Shown one piece after another: positions 18,844 through 29,301 of a DNA stretch of 60,683 nt. The translations under genes were made by a program, and so were the position numbers. Source of the DNA: Oscillospiraceae bacterium (GTDB lineage Bacteria > Bacillota > Clostridia > UMGS1883 > UMGS1540); the NCBI GenBank assembly GCA_015068765.1, contig SVJY01000006.1, forward strand, positions 1 through 60,683, read 5' to 3'. Numbering within the stretch: the first letter of the stretch is position 1; each line of letters starts with the position of its first letter. A model generated the notes under the pieces. That model made no database searches. It was not told the origin of the DNA and saw only the letters and a program-made list of their open reading frames with translations.

Positions 18844-21442
18844 TGCTTGCCAACACCTTTTCCAGCATTTCTTCGTATTTTGCTTTCTTTGCCTTTTCTT
18901 CCTCTACCAGCTTTGCCGGTGCCTTTGCCAGGAAGCCTTCGTTTGAGAGCTTGCCGCTCGTACGGCGGATTTCGCTTTCCAGATTTGCCTTTTCTTTTTC
19001 CAGACGGGCAATTTCCTTTTCTTTATCGATCAGCTGGTCGGTGGGCATGAAGAGCATAGCACCTTCCACAACCACCGTCAGGCATTTTTCACAGTCTGCA
19101 TCCTTCTCTGCCTTTACGGTAACCTCGGAAGCACCGGCCAACTTTTTGAAGAACTCTTCACAGCCGGTAAACAGCGCGGTCTTATCCGTTACCGCATACA
19201 GGCTTGCACGCTTGGAGGGCGGAATCTGCATTTCGGCTCTGGCATTTCGGATGCCGCGGATGGCATCGCAGATGATTTCCATTTCTGCTTCTTCCTTGGG
19301 GAAGGACAGTGCACCGTCAAAGGCAGGCCACTGGGCAATCATGATGCTGTCATCCCCTGCCGGCAGTGCGGAATAAATTTCATCCGTCACAAACGGCATA
19401 AAGGGATGCAGAAGCTTTAAGGTGCCTGCCAGCACATAGCACAGCGTGTTCTGGGCATCCTTCCGGCTGGGGCAGGCCTCGTCATAAAGGCGGGGCTTTG
19501 TCAGCTCAATATACCAGTCACAATATACATCCCAGATAAAGTCGTACACCTTACCCAGAGCAATGCCGATTTCGTAGTGCTCCAGATTGTCAGTAACTTC
19601 CTTCACAAGGGCGTTGTATTTCGACAGAATCCACTTGTCCTCCAGCTGGGGATTTTCGGGCAGTGCTACCTTGTCAATATCCAGATTCATCATCACAAAC
19701 CGTGCCGCATTCCACAGCTTATTGGCAAAGTTACGGCTTGCCTCTACTCTTTCCATGTAAAAACGCATATCGTTGCCGGGGGAGTTACCCGTGGCAAGCG
19801 TGAAGCGGAGTGCGTCGGCACCGTATTCTTCGATTACCTCTAAGGGGTCAATGCCGTTTCCGAGGGACTTGGACATTTTCCGTCCCTGGCTGTCACGGAC
19901 GAGACCGTGCAGGAATACGTGTTTAAAGGGCTCTTTTCCCATATGCTCCATGCCGGAGAAAATCATACGGGCAACCCAGAAGAAGATAATATCGTAGCCT
20001 GTGACGAGTACACTGGTGGGATAGAAATATTCCAGATCCTCCGTCTTATCCGGCCAGCCTAAGGTAGAGAAGGGCCAGAGGGCAGAGCTAAACCAAGTGT
20101 CCAGCACATCGTCCTCCTGCCGCATTTTGCCGCCGCATTCGCAGGTGTGTACATCTTCCTTGGAAACCACCATCTTGCCGCACTTGTCGCAGTAAAATGC
20201 CGGAATCCGGTGTCCCCACCATAATTGACGGGAAATACACCAATCATGGACATTTTCCATCCAGTTCATATAGGTTTTGGAGAAGCGGCCGGGGATAAAT
20301 TCAATCGTGCCGTCCTCCACAACACGCATAGCTTCCTTGGCAAGGGGCTCCATTTTCACAAACCACTGCTCACTGGTCAGCGGCTCTACCGTTGTGCCGC
20401 AACGGTAGCAGGCACCCACGTTGTGGCTGTGCTCCACGGTTTTTATAAGGAGACCTTCTTTTTCCAGGTCTTCGATCATTGCCTTCCGTGCTTCATAACG
20501 GTCCATGCCCTGATACTTGCAGGCGAAGGAAATTTTCGCATCGTCATCCATAATGCGGATTTGCTCCAAATTATGCCGGAGCCCTACCTCAAAGTCGTTG
20601 GGGTCATGGGCGGGGGTGATTTTTACCGCACCCGTTCCAAACTCTTTGTCTACATATTCATCTGCCACCACGGGAATTTCGCGACCGACAAGGGGCAGAA
20701 TCAGCATTTTTCCTACCAGATGGGCGTACCGTTCATCCTCGGGATTTACGGCAACAGCCGTATCGCCGAGAAGCGTTTCCGGACGTGTGGTTGCAATTTC
20801 CACAAAGCCGTCCTCGCCCTTGATGGGGTAGCGGATGTGCCAGAAATGACCGCCCTGCTCGCTGTATTCCACCTCGGCGTCGGAGAGGGCTGTGCGGCAC
20901 TGGGGACACCAGTTGATAATCCGGTTGCCTTTATAAATCAATCCTTTTTCGTACAGGTTTACAAACACCTCACGCACGGCACGGCTACAGCCCTCGTCCA
21001 TGGTAAAGCGTTCTCTGGACCAGTCACAGGAGCTGCCCAGACTTTTCAGCTGATTGATAATCCGGTCGCCGTATTGGTTTTTCCAATCCCAGACGCGCTC
21101 TAAAAACTTTTCACGGCCCAGGTCATGGCGGGTCAGCCCTTCCTCTTTTCGGAGATTTTCTTCCACCTTAATCTGGGTAGCAATACCGGCATGGTCTGTG
21201 CCCGGTACCCACAGAGCACTGTAGCCCTGCATGCGGCGGAAACGGATTAAAATATCCTGTAATGTTTCGTCCAGTGCGTGACCCATATGCAGCTGCCCCG
21301 TTACATTCGGGGGCGGAATCACGATACAGAAGGGTTTTTTGTTCTTGTCGGGACTGGCTTTGAAATAGCCGTTATCCTGCCATTTCTTATACAGCCGTTT
21401 TTCTACTTTTTGCGGTTCGTAGGTCTTATCAATGTTTTGCAC
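18827..21442 (-). CDS. valS: Valine--tRNA ligase
   Basis: [13 protein letters not shown] (HIGH motif), [27 protein letters not shown] and a C-terminal coiled coil. Confidence 0.98.
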   Translation of the reverse strand: MQNIDKTYEPQKVEKRLYKKWQDNGYFKASPDKNKKPFCIVIPPPNVTGQLHMGHALDETLQDILIRFRRMQGYSALWVPGTDHAGIATQIKVEENLRKEEGLTRHDLGREKFLERVWDWKNQYGDRIINQLKSLGSSCDWSRERFTMDEGCSRAVREVFVNLYEKGLIYKGNRIINWCPQCRTALSDAEVEYSEQGGHFWHIRYPIKGEDGFVEIATTRPETLLGDTAVAVNPEDERYAHLVGKMLILPLVGREIPVVADEYVDKEFGTGAVKITPAHDPNDFEVGLRHNLEQIRIMDDDAKISFACKYQGMDRYEARKAMIEDLEKEGLLIKTVEHSHNVGACYRCGTTVEPLTSEQWFVKMEPLAKEAMRVVEDGTIEFIPGRFSKTYMNWMENVHDWCISRQLWWGHRIPAFYCDKCGKMVVSKEDVHTCECGGKMRQEDDVLDTWFSSALWPFSTLGWPDKTEDLEYFYPTSVLVTGYDIIFFWVARMIFSGMEHMGKEPFKHVFLHGLVRDSQGRKMSKSLGNGIDPLEVIEEYGADALRFTLATGNSPGNDMRFYMERVEASRNFANKLWNAARFVMMNLDIDKVALPENPQLEDKWILSKYNALVKEVTDNLEHYEIGIALGKVYDFIWDVYCDWYIELTKPRLYDEACPSRKDAQNTLCYVLAGTLKLLHPFMPFVTDEIYSALPAGDDSIMIAQWPAFDGALSFPKEEAEMEIICDAIRGIRNARAEMQIPPSKRASLYAVTDKTALFTGCEEFFKKLAGASEVTVKAEKDADCEKCLTVVVEGAMLFMPTDQLIDKEKEIARLEKEKANLESEIRRTSGKLSNEGFLAKAPAKLVEEEKAKKAKYEEMLEKVLASIEAFK

Positions 21443-21454
21443 TATACTTTCCTC

Positions 21455-23086
21455 CTATTTACTGCTCCGTAAGGCGTTACGGGTTATTTTGCCCGAAGTG
21501 GTTTTCGGTAATTCGGTTACATACTCAATTTTCCGGGGGTATTTATAAGGTGCCGTCATTTTCTTCACATAGGCTTGAAGCTCCTTCGTCAGCTCGTCCG
21601 AGGCTTCAAAGCCCGGTGCCAGCACCACAACGGCACAGACAATTTGTCCGCGAATTTCATCCGGGCGACCGATGATGGCACATTCCTTAACCGCCGCGTG
21701 GGTGTTTAAAATACTTTCAATTTCAAAGGGCCCGATGCGGTAGCCGGAGCACTTAATCATATCGTCATTTCGTCCCACATACCAGTAGTATCCGTCCTCG
21801 TCCTCGTAGGCGATATCGCCGGTATGGTAGATGCCATCTTCGATGGGGTTGATTTTTTCGCCGTCCTGATAATAATAATCCAAAAGCCCTACCTGCTTGC
21901 CGTCCTTGACGAACATAACCACCTCGCCCTCGTCGCCTGCCGGACAGCGGTTGCCGTCCTTATCAATCAGAGCCACGTCATAAAGGGGAGAGGGTTTACC
22001 CATGGAGGAGGGGCGGATGTCCAGCCACTGGAAGGAGCAGGTAATGGGCGTACCCTCACTCTGCCCGTAGCCCTCGTGGATATAGTGACCGCATAGGTCA
22101 TAAAATGCACTGTTTACCTCGCCGCTTAAGGGCTCGCCTGCGGTGGCAAACCACCGGATGGACTCCAGGTGCTCACGCCGAACACCTGCTTTCAGAAGGA
22201 AGCGGTACATGGTGGGCGGAATACACAGGGAAGTGGGCTTAAATTCCTTCATATGCTCCATAAGCTGTTCCGGGTCGAAGCGAATGGGATCGTAGCCTAA
22301 AATCGCACTGCCGCAAATCCACTGTCCGTAAATGTTGCCCCAGCCGAACTTTGCCCAGCCGCTGTCAGACTGCGTAAGGTGCAGGCCGTTATTTTGCACG
22401 CACTGCATATATTTCGCCGTCATGATATGCCCTAGGGGATAGGTGCGGTTATGCACCGCCATTTTCGGATAGCCCGTTGTGCCGGAGGTGAAGTACAGAA
22501 GCATCTGGTCCTCGTTCTTCCCTTCGTCCGGTTCTGCATAAAGATCGCAATTTTCGTATTCTGCATTGAAGTAAGGATAGCCCTCCACCGGCTCGTCCCC
22601 GGCAAAAATCGCCGTACATTTGGTGCGGAGAGATGCTACCTGCTGGCAGACAAAATCATCCTTCACGGCGATGACATAGTGGGCGTCTGCCTGGGAAAGG
22701 CGGTAGTCAATGTCCTTTGCCCGAAGCTGGATGGATGCCGGAATGAGCACCGCACCGATTCTGTGCAGTGCCACGGCGATAATCCAGTACTCGTACCGGC
22801 GACGCAGAAGGGTGAGCACGCGGTCGCCCCGGCGAATCCCCATTTCCGTAAAATATGTTGCCGCTTTTTTGGAAAGCACCGAAATATCCGTAAAGGTAAA
22901 GGTTCTGGAAAAGCCGTTATCATCACAATAAACCAATGCACGCTTGTCCGGCTCCAGTGCCGCCCATGCATCCACCACGTCTCTGGCAAATTCAAATTTT
23001 TCCGGCACCTCCAGCTGAAAATTTTCTCTGAAATCCTCATAGCTTTCAAATTCCGAACGCTTTAAAAATCGGTTTAACAGTTCCAT
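21455..23086 (-). CDS. AMP-binding acyl-CoA synthetase (short/medium or branched-chain acid-CoA ligase)
   Basis: YFTSGTTGYPK P-loop, YGQSE, YHTGD, GRNDD.IK.SGYRIGP.EIE and LPKTTSGKI. Start moved to the ATG after AAGGGAG. Confidence 0.9.
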   Translation of the reverse strand: MELLNRFLKRSEFESYEDFRENFQLEVPEKFEFARDVVDAWAALEPDKRALVYCDDNGFSRTFTFTDISVLSKKAATYFTEMGIRRGDRVLTLLRRRYEYWIIAVALHRIGAVLIPASIQLRAKDIDYRLSQADAHYVIAVKDDFVCQQVASLRTKCTAIFAGDEPVEGYPYFNAEYENCDLYAEPDEGKNEDQMLLYFTSGTTGYPKMAVHNRTYPLGHIMTAKYMQCVQNNGLHLTQSDSGWAKFGWGNIYGQWICGSAILGYDPIRFDPEQLMEHMKEFKPTSLCIPPTMYRFLLKAGVRREHLESIRWFATAGEPLSGEVNSAFYDLCGHYIHEGYGQSEGTPITCSFQWLDIRPSSMGKPSPLYDVALIDKDGNRCPAGDEGEVVMFVKDGKQVGLLDYYYQDGEKINPIEDGIYHTGDIAYEDEDGYYWYVGRNDDMIKCSGYRIGPFEIESILNTHAAVKECAIIGRPDEIRGQIVCAVVVLAPGFEASDELTKELQAYVKKMTAPYKYPRKIEYVTELPKTTSGKITRNALRSSK

Positions 23087-23104
23087 GTTCATCTCCCTTT
23101 CAAC

Positions 23105-23372
23105 AAAAAAATCATCCGCCCGCATTAGGACGAATGATTCGTGGTACCACCTAATTTCACTCCGTGCTCACACACCGGAGCCTCTCCCGGCACACTTCCA
23201 TGCCGTATCCCATTTTACGGTCGGACTTCCGTCGAAGTCTACTCAAAGGCATACGCCTTTTTTCGGTCCGCAGCTCCGAGACTACTTCCCTGCCCTTCCG
23301 CCGAAACGCTTCCACCATCCGCTTCTCTCTATAGGTTTTGGTGACAGATACTCCTTCTCTTCATTGCCTTTT
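23105..23372 (-). ncRNA. T-box riboswitch leader, valine specifier (GTA)
   Basis: Minus strand shows GA motif/AGTA, AGAGA and GGTGGAA stem I elements, specifier GAA-GTA (GTA at 23283-23285), T-box AATTAGGTGGTACCACG, then the AATCATTCGTCC/GGGCGGATGATT terminator and a U-tract. Confidence 0.9.
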
Positions 23373-23389
23373 CCATATTCATTTTCTAC

Positions 23390-23418
23390 AGTATACACGT
23401 TTTTTTTCTGTTTGTCAA
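23390..23418 (-). promoter_or_regulatory. Sigma-A promoter of the T-box leader
   Basis: TTGACA-17 nt-TATACT. Confidence 0.8.
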
Positions 23419-23452
23419 GCTTTTTTTCCAATTTTTTAAAAGTTTTCGCAGA

Positions 23453-24331
23453 TTATTTTCCTAAAATATCGGAAAGGTTCGCCTGAATTTTTTCCGCCAC
23501 GTCCGGCTTATTCATGGAATAGACGTGGACATTGGTGATGCCGTTAGCATATAAATCAATCATCTGGTCCGTGGCATAGGCAATGCCGGCCTGCTTCATT
23601 GCCGCCGGGTCTTTGCCGAATTTATCCACAAGGCTCTTAAATCGCTGGGGCATAAACGAGCCGGAAAGCTTTATGGCCCGTTCCACTTGATTGGCGTTTG
23701 TAATGGGCATAATGCCCGGAATGACCGGGACGGTGATGCCGGCCTCACGAATTTTGTACAGGAAATTATACAGAAGGTTATTATCGAAAACCATCTGGGT
23801 GGTAAGGAAGGAAACGCCTGCATCCACTTTTTCTTTCAGATGAAGGATATCCTCCTTCTGGTCTGAACTCTCCGGATGGATTTCCGGATAACAGGCCGCT
23901 CCGATGCAAAAATCCGCATCTACCTCCCGAAGCTCCCGCACAAGCTCCACTGCATAGCGGTACGCCCACGTACTACGATCCTCTTGTTCCTTTTCTGCCG
24001 GAATATCGCCCCGCAGTGCCATGATGTTCCGGATGCCTGCCGCCCGTATATCCTCAATCTTCTGCCGTACCGTTTCCTTTGTGGAGGAAACGCAGGTCAG
24101 ATGTGCCAGCGTGGGTACGCCGTACAGCTCCTTAATATTCTTTGCAATATTCAAGGTGTACCGGCTGGTGCCGCCCCCTGCCCCATACGTCACACTCATA
24201 AAGGCGGGTTTTAGCTTCGCAATCTCCTCGGTGGCGTGCTTTACGCTTTCAAAGCCGGTTTCCGTCTTGGGCGGAAACACCTCAAAGGAAAGAGAAAGCT
24301 TGTCACTTTTTATTACATCAATTAACTGCAT
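23453..24331 (-). CDS. metF: 5,10-methylenetetrahydrofolate reductase
   Basis: SFEVFPPK, SVTYGAGG, HLTC, ALRGD, YPE.HP and TQMVFD. Start taken at the ATG after GGAG. Confidence 0.95.
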   Translation of the reverse strand: MQLIDVIKSDKLSLSFEVFPPKTETGFESVKHATEEIAKLKPAFMSVTYGAGGGTSRYTLNIAKNIKELYGVPTLAHLTCVSSTKETVRQKIEDIRAAGIRNIMALRGDIPAEKEQEDRSTWAYRYAVELVRELREVDADFCIGAACYPEIHPESSDQKEDILHLKEKVDAGVSFLTTQMVFDNNLLYNFLYKIREAGITVPVIPGIMPITNANQVERAIKLSGSFMPQRFKSLVDKFGKDPAAMKQAGIAYATDQMIDLYANGITNVHVYSMNKPDVAEKIQANLSDILGK

Positions 24332-24336
24332 TCTAA

Positions 24337-25266
24337 TCACTCCATTTCAAAAAGCGGTGTAGACAGATATCTGTCCCCGCCGTCCGGCAGAAGGACGACG
24401 ATGGTTTTCCCTTCGTTTTCTGCCTTTCCGGCAAGTTCTATTGCCGCATAAAGTGCCGCACCGGAGGAAATACCCACCAAAATGCCCTCCTGCCGGCCGA
24501 CCGCACGCCCGATGCGGAAGGCATCCTCGCCGGAAACTGGGCAAACAGTGTCGTAAACCTCCTTCTTTAGCACCGGCGGTATAAAATTGGCACCGATGCC
24601 TTCGATTTTATGCGGTCCTGCGGTGCCGCCGGAAAGGAGGGGCGAATCCGCAGGCTCCACAGCCACCACCCGGATGGCCGGATTTTTCGATTTTAAATAG
24701 GTGCCGACGCCGGTGAGCGTTCCGCCCGTGCCCACGCCTGCAACAAAAATATCTACCTTTCCGTCCGTGTCCCTGTAAATTTCCGGACCGGTGGTTTCCT
24801 CGTGTATCTTCGGATTTGCCGGGTTTGAAAACTGCCCTGGAATGAAGCCGGAGGGGATTTCTGCCGCCAATTCCTCTGCCTTTTCAATCGCACCTTGCAT
24901 ACCCAGGGCACCCTCGGTAAGCACAAGCTCTGCCCCATACGCCGCCAGAAGCTTCCGCCGCTCCATACTCATCGTATCGGGCATGACAATAATCGTCCGA
25001 TACCCCCGTGCACTGCCCACTGCCGCAAGACCGATACCGGTGTTCCCGGAAGTGGGTTCAATAATGACGGAGCCCAGTCCGATACGTCCGGTTTTCTCCG
25101 CCTCGTCCAGCATGGCTTTTGCCACCCGGTCCTTGACGGAGCCTGCCGGATTCATGAATTCCAGCTTTGCAAGCAGTTTCGCTTTGAGACCATAGGTTTT
25201 TTCTATATTTCTAAGCTCCAGAAGCGGCGTAGAGCCGATTAAGGCATCCGTAGAAGTATACAGCAT
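24337..25266 (-). CDS. cysK: Cysteine synthase A
   Basis: NPAGSVKDR (PLP lysine), [19 protein letters not shown] and HKIEGIG. Confidence 0.95.
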   Translation of the reverse strand: MLYTSTDALIGSTPLLELRNIEKTYGLKAKLLAKLEFMNPAGSVKDRVAKAMLDEAEKTGRIGLGSVIIEPTSGNTGIGLAAVGSARGYRTIIVMPDTMSMERRKLLAAYGAELVLTEGALGMQGAIEKAEELAAEIPSGFIPGQFSNPANPKIHEETTGPEIYRDTDGKVDIFVAGVGTGGTLTGVGTYLKSKNPAIRVVAVEPADSPLLSGGTAGPHKIEGIGANFIPPVLKKEVYDTVCPVSGEDAFRIGRAVGRQEGILVGISSGAALYAAIELAGKAENEGKTIVVLLPDGGDRYLSTPLFEME

Positions 25267-25302
25267 AAAAAGACCGGACTCCTTCCTGTATGATATGCAA
25301 AT

Positions 25303-25332
25303 AGTATACCCCTTTTTCACCCCCTTTGTCAA
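25303..25332 (-). promoter_or_regulatory. Sigma-A promoter of cysK-metF
   Basis: TTGACA-18 nt-TATACT. Confidence 0.6.
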
Positions 25333-25392
25333 GAGCTTCCGGGTAATTTTCTTCGTGCTGTAAACTCAATGAAAAAGCCGCTAACTTTTCAC

Positions 25393-25421
25393 TTGACACT
25401 AATATGGCGGTGTGTTACTAT
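25393..25421 (+). promoter_or_regulatory. Sigma-A promoter of the GH36 gene
   Basis: TTGACA-17 nt-TACTAT with an extended TG. Confidence 0.65.
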
Positions 25422-25465
25422 ATAAATTGTTGTCAGTATGATTAGAAGTTTTTGGGAGGAATAGT

Positions 25466-27628
25466 ATGTTGAACCGCGATACTGATTATGTAAATGTTTT
25501 TTGCCGTAACCTGCCTGAGCCTGTTTATGGGTATAGAAGCGGGCTTACCGTGTATGAAGAACGTTTTTTAAACGATACGCTTATTGCCGGGGGATGGAAC
25601 GCCGCCGGTTATCCGCTGGATGTGCTTTCAAGCGGTCGTACATTCATAGATCATACGTTATTTAAATGGGTGGAAATTTGTGACCCTTCGGTGTTTCACG
25701 TTGAACTGGACGGACAATGTGTTGACTACATGCTTGAAATAAAGGACTTTCAAACGGTCGAAATGGAAAATGGCAGTAAGGAGAGTATCCTTACGCTGAA
25801 AAGCAAGATCATGCCGGCCGAAATTGAGGTGCATACTCTCCTTGACGGCACGCCGGTGCTTACCAGATGGCTTGCCATTAAAAATAACGCTGACCGCCCG
25901 ATGCGGCTGTCACGTCTCTCGGTATTTTGCGGTGCCTTGCAGCAGATGAAAAGAATCCGCGAAAAGAATCCGGAGGGCTTTTCGGATGATATTTACGAAA
26001 TAGGATATTTTGATGATCCCGAAAAGGAAAAGGAAGGGGATATTGTCTGGAAGCCACTGCCTCGTAACAAAACCGCCATCGGCGGGCGTTTTTCGGAGGG
26101 TCGCTTCCGTCACCCTGCCTTCTTCCTCAAAAACAAACTAAACGGAGAGATTTTCTTCGGGCAGATGGAATGGAGCGGCGGTTATGAAATCAGTATCGGA
26201 AACCTAGTTTATCAGTCCTGCTCCGATGTAACCATTACCCTTGATATGGCGATAACGGGCTTCAGCCCCTTAAGAGTTATCGAACCGGGAGAGTACTTTG
26301 TTTCCCCCCGGGTATGTATTGGCTCGTTATTCGGTACGGTCGATGATGCGGTAAATGCCATGTACGACCATATCCGAAAGAGCGTTCTGAATTTGCCCGA
26401 GGCGAGCGGGGATGCATGTCTTGTAGGCTCCGGCATGGGCCCGGAGCACGATATGAGTGTTGAGACAACCAAGCGTTTTGTCGATCAGATGGCAGACTGC
26501 GGTGCGGAACTGTTTATCGTGGACGCAGGATGGTTTTGTCCGCCCGGACAGCATCGTGGATGGTTCCCGAAGGTTGGTAACTGGTATCCCGATCAGGACC
26601 GTTATCCGAATGGAATTAACGAAATTGTAGACTACGTACATGGTAAGGGTATGAAATTCGGACTGTGGATGGAGCCGGAACGAATCGGATGTGAAGCCCC
26701 CATTTATGAAGAGCATAAGGACTGGTATGTCACCACACCGTTTTGGGGTGAATCCGGCGGTTTTCTGGATATGACGAATCCGGATGCCGCCGCGTGGGCA
26801 GAAGCAGAAATTGTAAGGGTGATTGAATCCTATAAGCTTGACTTATTACGTATTGACTATAACCTCCCTTCCGTCTATAATTTTTACTTTAACAACAATG
26901 CCATTCCCGAGGGCGGCGGTGTGAAGCATTTTGAAGCCGTGTATGCGATGTATGAGAGACTAAAGAAGAGATTCCCGAAGGTTATCTTTGAGGGCTGTGC
27001 CGCAGGCGGCGGACGCACAGACCTCGGCTTTCTCAAATACTTTAACCACACCTGGGTTTCCGATTGTCAGATTGCCCCCCGTTCCTTGTATATCACAAAC
27101 GGTATGACGATGGCACTTCCGCCTGAACGGGTTGACCGTCTTGTCGGCGGTATGGGCTCTCACGCCCACGCATCGTTGGATTTCCAGATGCGAAACGCCA
27201 TGTTTGGGCACATGACATTAAATGTATTTTCTCCTGCCGCCGCAGAGTGGAACACGCAGCAGCTCGGCTTTATCAAACACAGCGTAAAGCTTTATAAAGA
27301 TTTTATCCGTCCGATGTTGCCGACCGCACGTATGTATCATCACACTATCGATACAAAGACGGCACGCAGGGAGACAAAGCTTATTATGGAGCTTGCATCC
27401 CGCGAAAGAGATAAAGCGGTAATAGGCGTATTCGCACTCCCGAATGCCGAAACCAAATCTATCACTGTGTATCCACGGGGCATTGATTTTTCAAGGGAGT
27501 ATACGGTTACCTTTGATAATACGGGCGACAAGCTTGTGATTAGCGGGAGAGAGCTTATGTCACGCGGCATCACCACGCTGCCCCTCTCTGCAATGACCAG
27601 TGCGCTTATCCTGATTGAAGCTGTCTGA
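25466..27628 (+). CDS. GH36 alpha-galactosidase-like glycoside hydrolase
   Basis: FIVDAGW, GMKFGLWMEPE, RIDYN (nucleophile Asp), EGCAAGGGR and WVSD (acid/base). No signal peptide. Confidence 0.88.
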   Translation: MLNRDTDYVNVFCRNLPEPVYGYRSGLTVYEERFLNDTLIAGGWNAAGYPLDVLSSGRTFIDHTLFKWVEICDPSVFHVELDGQCVDYMLEIKDFQTVEMENGSKESILTLKSKIMPAEIEVHTLLDGTPVLTRWLAIKNNADRPMRLSRLSVFCGALQQMKRIREKNPEGFSDDIYEIGYFDDPEKEKEGDIVWKPLPRNKTAIGGRFSEGRFRHPAFFLKNKLNGEIFFGQMEWSGGYEISIGNLVYQSCSDVTITLDMAITGFSPLRVIEPGEYFVSPRVCIGSLFGTVDDAVNAMYDHIRKSVLNLPEASGDACLVGSGMGPEHDMSVETTKRFVDQMADCGAELFIVDAGWFCPPGQHRGWFPKVGNWYPDQDRYPNGINEIVDYVHGKGMKFGLWMEPERIGCEAPIYEEHKDWYVTTPFWGESGGFLDMTNPDAAAWAEAEIVRVIESYKLDLLRIDYNLPSVYNFYFNNNAIPEGGGVKHFEAVYAMYERLKKRFPKVIFEGCAAGGGRTDLGFLKYFNHTWVSDCQIAPRSLYITNGMTMALPPERVDRLVGGMGSHAHASLDFQMRNAMFGHMTLNVFSPAAAEWNTQQLGFIKHSVKLYKDFIRPMLPTARMYHHTIDTKTARRETKLIMELASRERDKAVIGVFALPNAETKSITVYPRGIDFSREYTVTFDNTGDKLVISGRELMSRGITTLPLSAMTSALILIEAV

Positions 27629-27704
27629 TCCGAAGACGGATACAAAAAGCATACAAATACCGTAATGTTGTTTTCAGACATTCAATGGATTACCTCCATG
27701 ACTA

Positions 27705-27750
27705 GCGGCTACAGAGATTCTACGTACAGGATTCTCTGTAGCCGTTTTTT
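27705..27750 (+). terminator. Rho-independent terminator
   Basis: CGGCTACAGAGA/TCTCTGTAGCCG stem followed by TTTTTT. Confidence 0.8.
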
Positions 27751-27777
27751 ATCTGCACAGTTCTCTCCTTTCCGGTA

Positions 27778-27806
27778 TTGACAAATCCGGAAAAATATCG
27801 TATAAT
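27778..27806 (+). promoter_or_regulatory. Consensus sigma-A promoter
   Basis: TTGACA-17 nt-TATAAT. Confidence 0.85.
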
Positions 27807-27830
27807 GAATCTATAAGGGAGGCACAGGAC

Positions 27831-28394
27831 ATGGAAGAAATCAAAAAAGCGGTTTCCGCAGCAGTGGAAGCCTTGATAGAAGAAGCGGCACTTTGCCCGG
27901 GCGAAATTCTCGTAATCGGCTGTAGTACCAGTGAGGTGGCAGGCGAAAAAATCGGCAAAGGCTCCGTATATGCACTTGGCGAAGCGATTATAGAGGCGGC
28001 ACTGTCCGTCACAGTACCCCGGGGCATTTATCTTGCCGCCGGATGCTGTGAGCATTTAAACCGTGCGGTGATTCTGCCCCGGGCGGCGGCAGAAAAATAC
28101 GGTTTTGAGATTGTGTCCGTTGTACCGGCTCCCAAGGCAGGGGGCAGTACGGCGACAGCCGCATACCGCCGCATGGACGATGCGGTGGCAGTGGAGTTTG
28201 CCAGGTGTCACGCCGGCATGGATATCGGTGATACGTTTATCGGGATGCACCTGCGGCACGTGGCTGTTCCGGTGCGTTTGCCTATTACGAAAATCGGCGA
28301 GGCTCACGTTACCTATGCGAAAACAAGACCTAAATTTATTGGTGGTAGCCGGGCGGTCTATTCCCTGGAGGACAGCGAAAACCTGATGCCATAG
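27831..28394 (+). CDS. TIGR01440/DUF436 (YwlG-like) protein
   Basis: GCSTSEV.G..IG, CCEHLNRA, AGGS and DIGDTFIGMHL.HVAVP.R. Confidence 0.9.
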   Translation: MEEIKKAVSAAVEALIEEAALCPGEILVIGCSTSEVAGEKIGKGSVYALGEAIIEAALSVTVPRGIYLAAGCCEHLNRAVILPRAAAEKYGFEIVSVVPAPKAGGSTATAAYRRMDDAVAVEFARCHAGMDIGDTFIGMHLRHVAVPVRLPITKIGEAHVTYAKTRPKFIGGSRAVYSLEDSENLMP

Positions 28395-28554
28395 TGCAGT
28401 AAGACTCGAACACAATGTGCCATAAACTTGCTAAATTTCAATCTTTTTGATTTGTCGGTTTTGCAGGGCGTTGGCGTATATTTGCAGGATTTTCTGCAGT
28501 ATTATGATGAATTTATGTTTTTAAACCATATTGAGTTCAAGTCTTACTGCACTA
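28392..28554. repeat. 163-bp segment bounded by 28-bp inverted repeats (MITE-like or invertible element)
   Basis: TAGTGCAGTAAGACTCGAACACAATGTG (28392-28419) vs reverse complement of 28527-28554, TAGTGCAGTAAGACTTGAACTCAATATG: 25/28 identical. Confidence 0.85.
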
Positions 28555-28570
28555 ACGAAGGAGAAAACAA

Positions 28571-29272
28571 ATGAAGAAACGAATTGCTTTTCTGACTGCG
28601 GCACTGCTTCTGGTGCCCACAGTAGCGGCGGCAGAACCAAATGCGGTGGGAGCGGTGGACGCCACGTCCCTAAACGTCCGCTCTGCCCCCCGGATGGATG
28701 CCCCGGTGCTCGGACAGCTTTATAGCGGTCAACAGATGAATATTATTACGAAAACCGGCGGTCTTTGGTTTAAAATTGAATTTGAAGGGGGAATCGGCTA
28801 CGTCCACTCCGGCTATGTGGTGGACCGCCGCAACGGCACGCCTGTGGTATATGATAAAACAGCCGATATGTCCATTCAGTCCCTGGAGGGCTCGGAAAAG
28901 GGGCAGCTTGTGGTGGCAACCGCCTCCAAATATCTGGGGATTCCCTATGTCTATGGCGGTAGCTCTCCTGCAGGCTTTGACTGTAGCGGCCTTGTGCAGT
29001 ACGTCTTCCGGGAGCTGGGCGTTTCCTTAAACCGTGTGGCGGCAGACCAGACAGCACACGGTATTCCCATTACCAAAGAAGACCTTCTGCCCGGCGACAT
29101 TGTGTTTTTCCATAACACCAATAAATATACCCGTATTAACCATGTGGGCATCTATGTGGGTGACGGAAACTTCATTCACGCCCCACAAACCGGCGATGTG
29201 GTAAAGATCACTACGCTGGAATCGGGATACTACGCAGGTACCTTTGTAACGGCACGGCGTATCTTTGAATAA
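28571..29272 (+). CDS. Secreted SH3b + NlpC/P60 peptidoglycan endopeptidase
   Basis: Signal peptide; LNVRSAP...GYVHSGY (SH3b); YLGIPYVYGG...FDCSGL, HVGIY.G.G.FIHA. Confidence 0.93.
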   Translation: MKKRIAFLTAALLLVPTVAAAEPNAVGAVDATSLNVRSAPRMDAPVLGQLYSGQQMNIITKTGGLWFKIEFEGGIGYVHSGYVVDRRNGTPVVYDKTADMSIQSLEGSEKGQLVVATASKYLGIPYVYGGSSPAGFDCSGLVQYVFRELGVSLNRVAADQTAHGIPITKEDLLPGDIVFFHNTNKYTRINHVGIYVGDGNFIHAPQTGDVVKITTLESGYYAGTFVTARRIFE

Positions 29273-29301
29273 CGGGGAAGATAGACTTTCATGAAGACCT
29301 T

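Noticed and set aside
25270-25340. SAM riboswitch or Cys T-box upstream of cysK-metF
   Set aside because: The promoter lies only about 35 nt from the start codon, leaving no room, and no matching motifs are present.
27340-27681. 113-aa antisense ORF with GGAGGT upstream
   Set aside because: It mostly overlaps the GH36 3' end and has no motif or clear promoter, so it is not called as a CDS.
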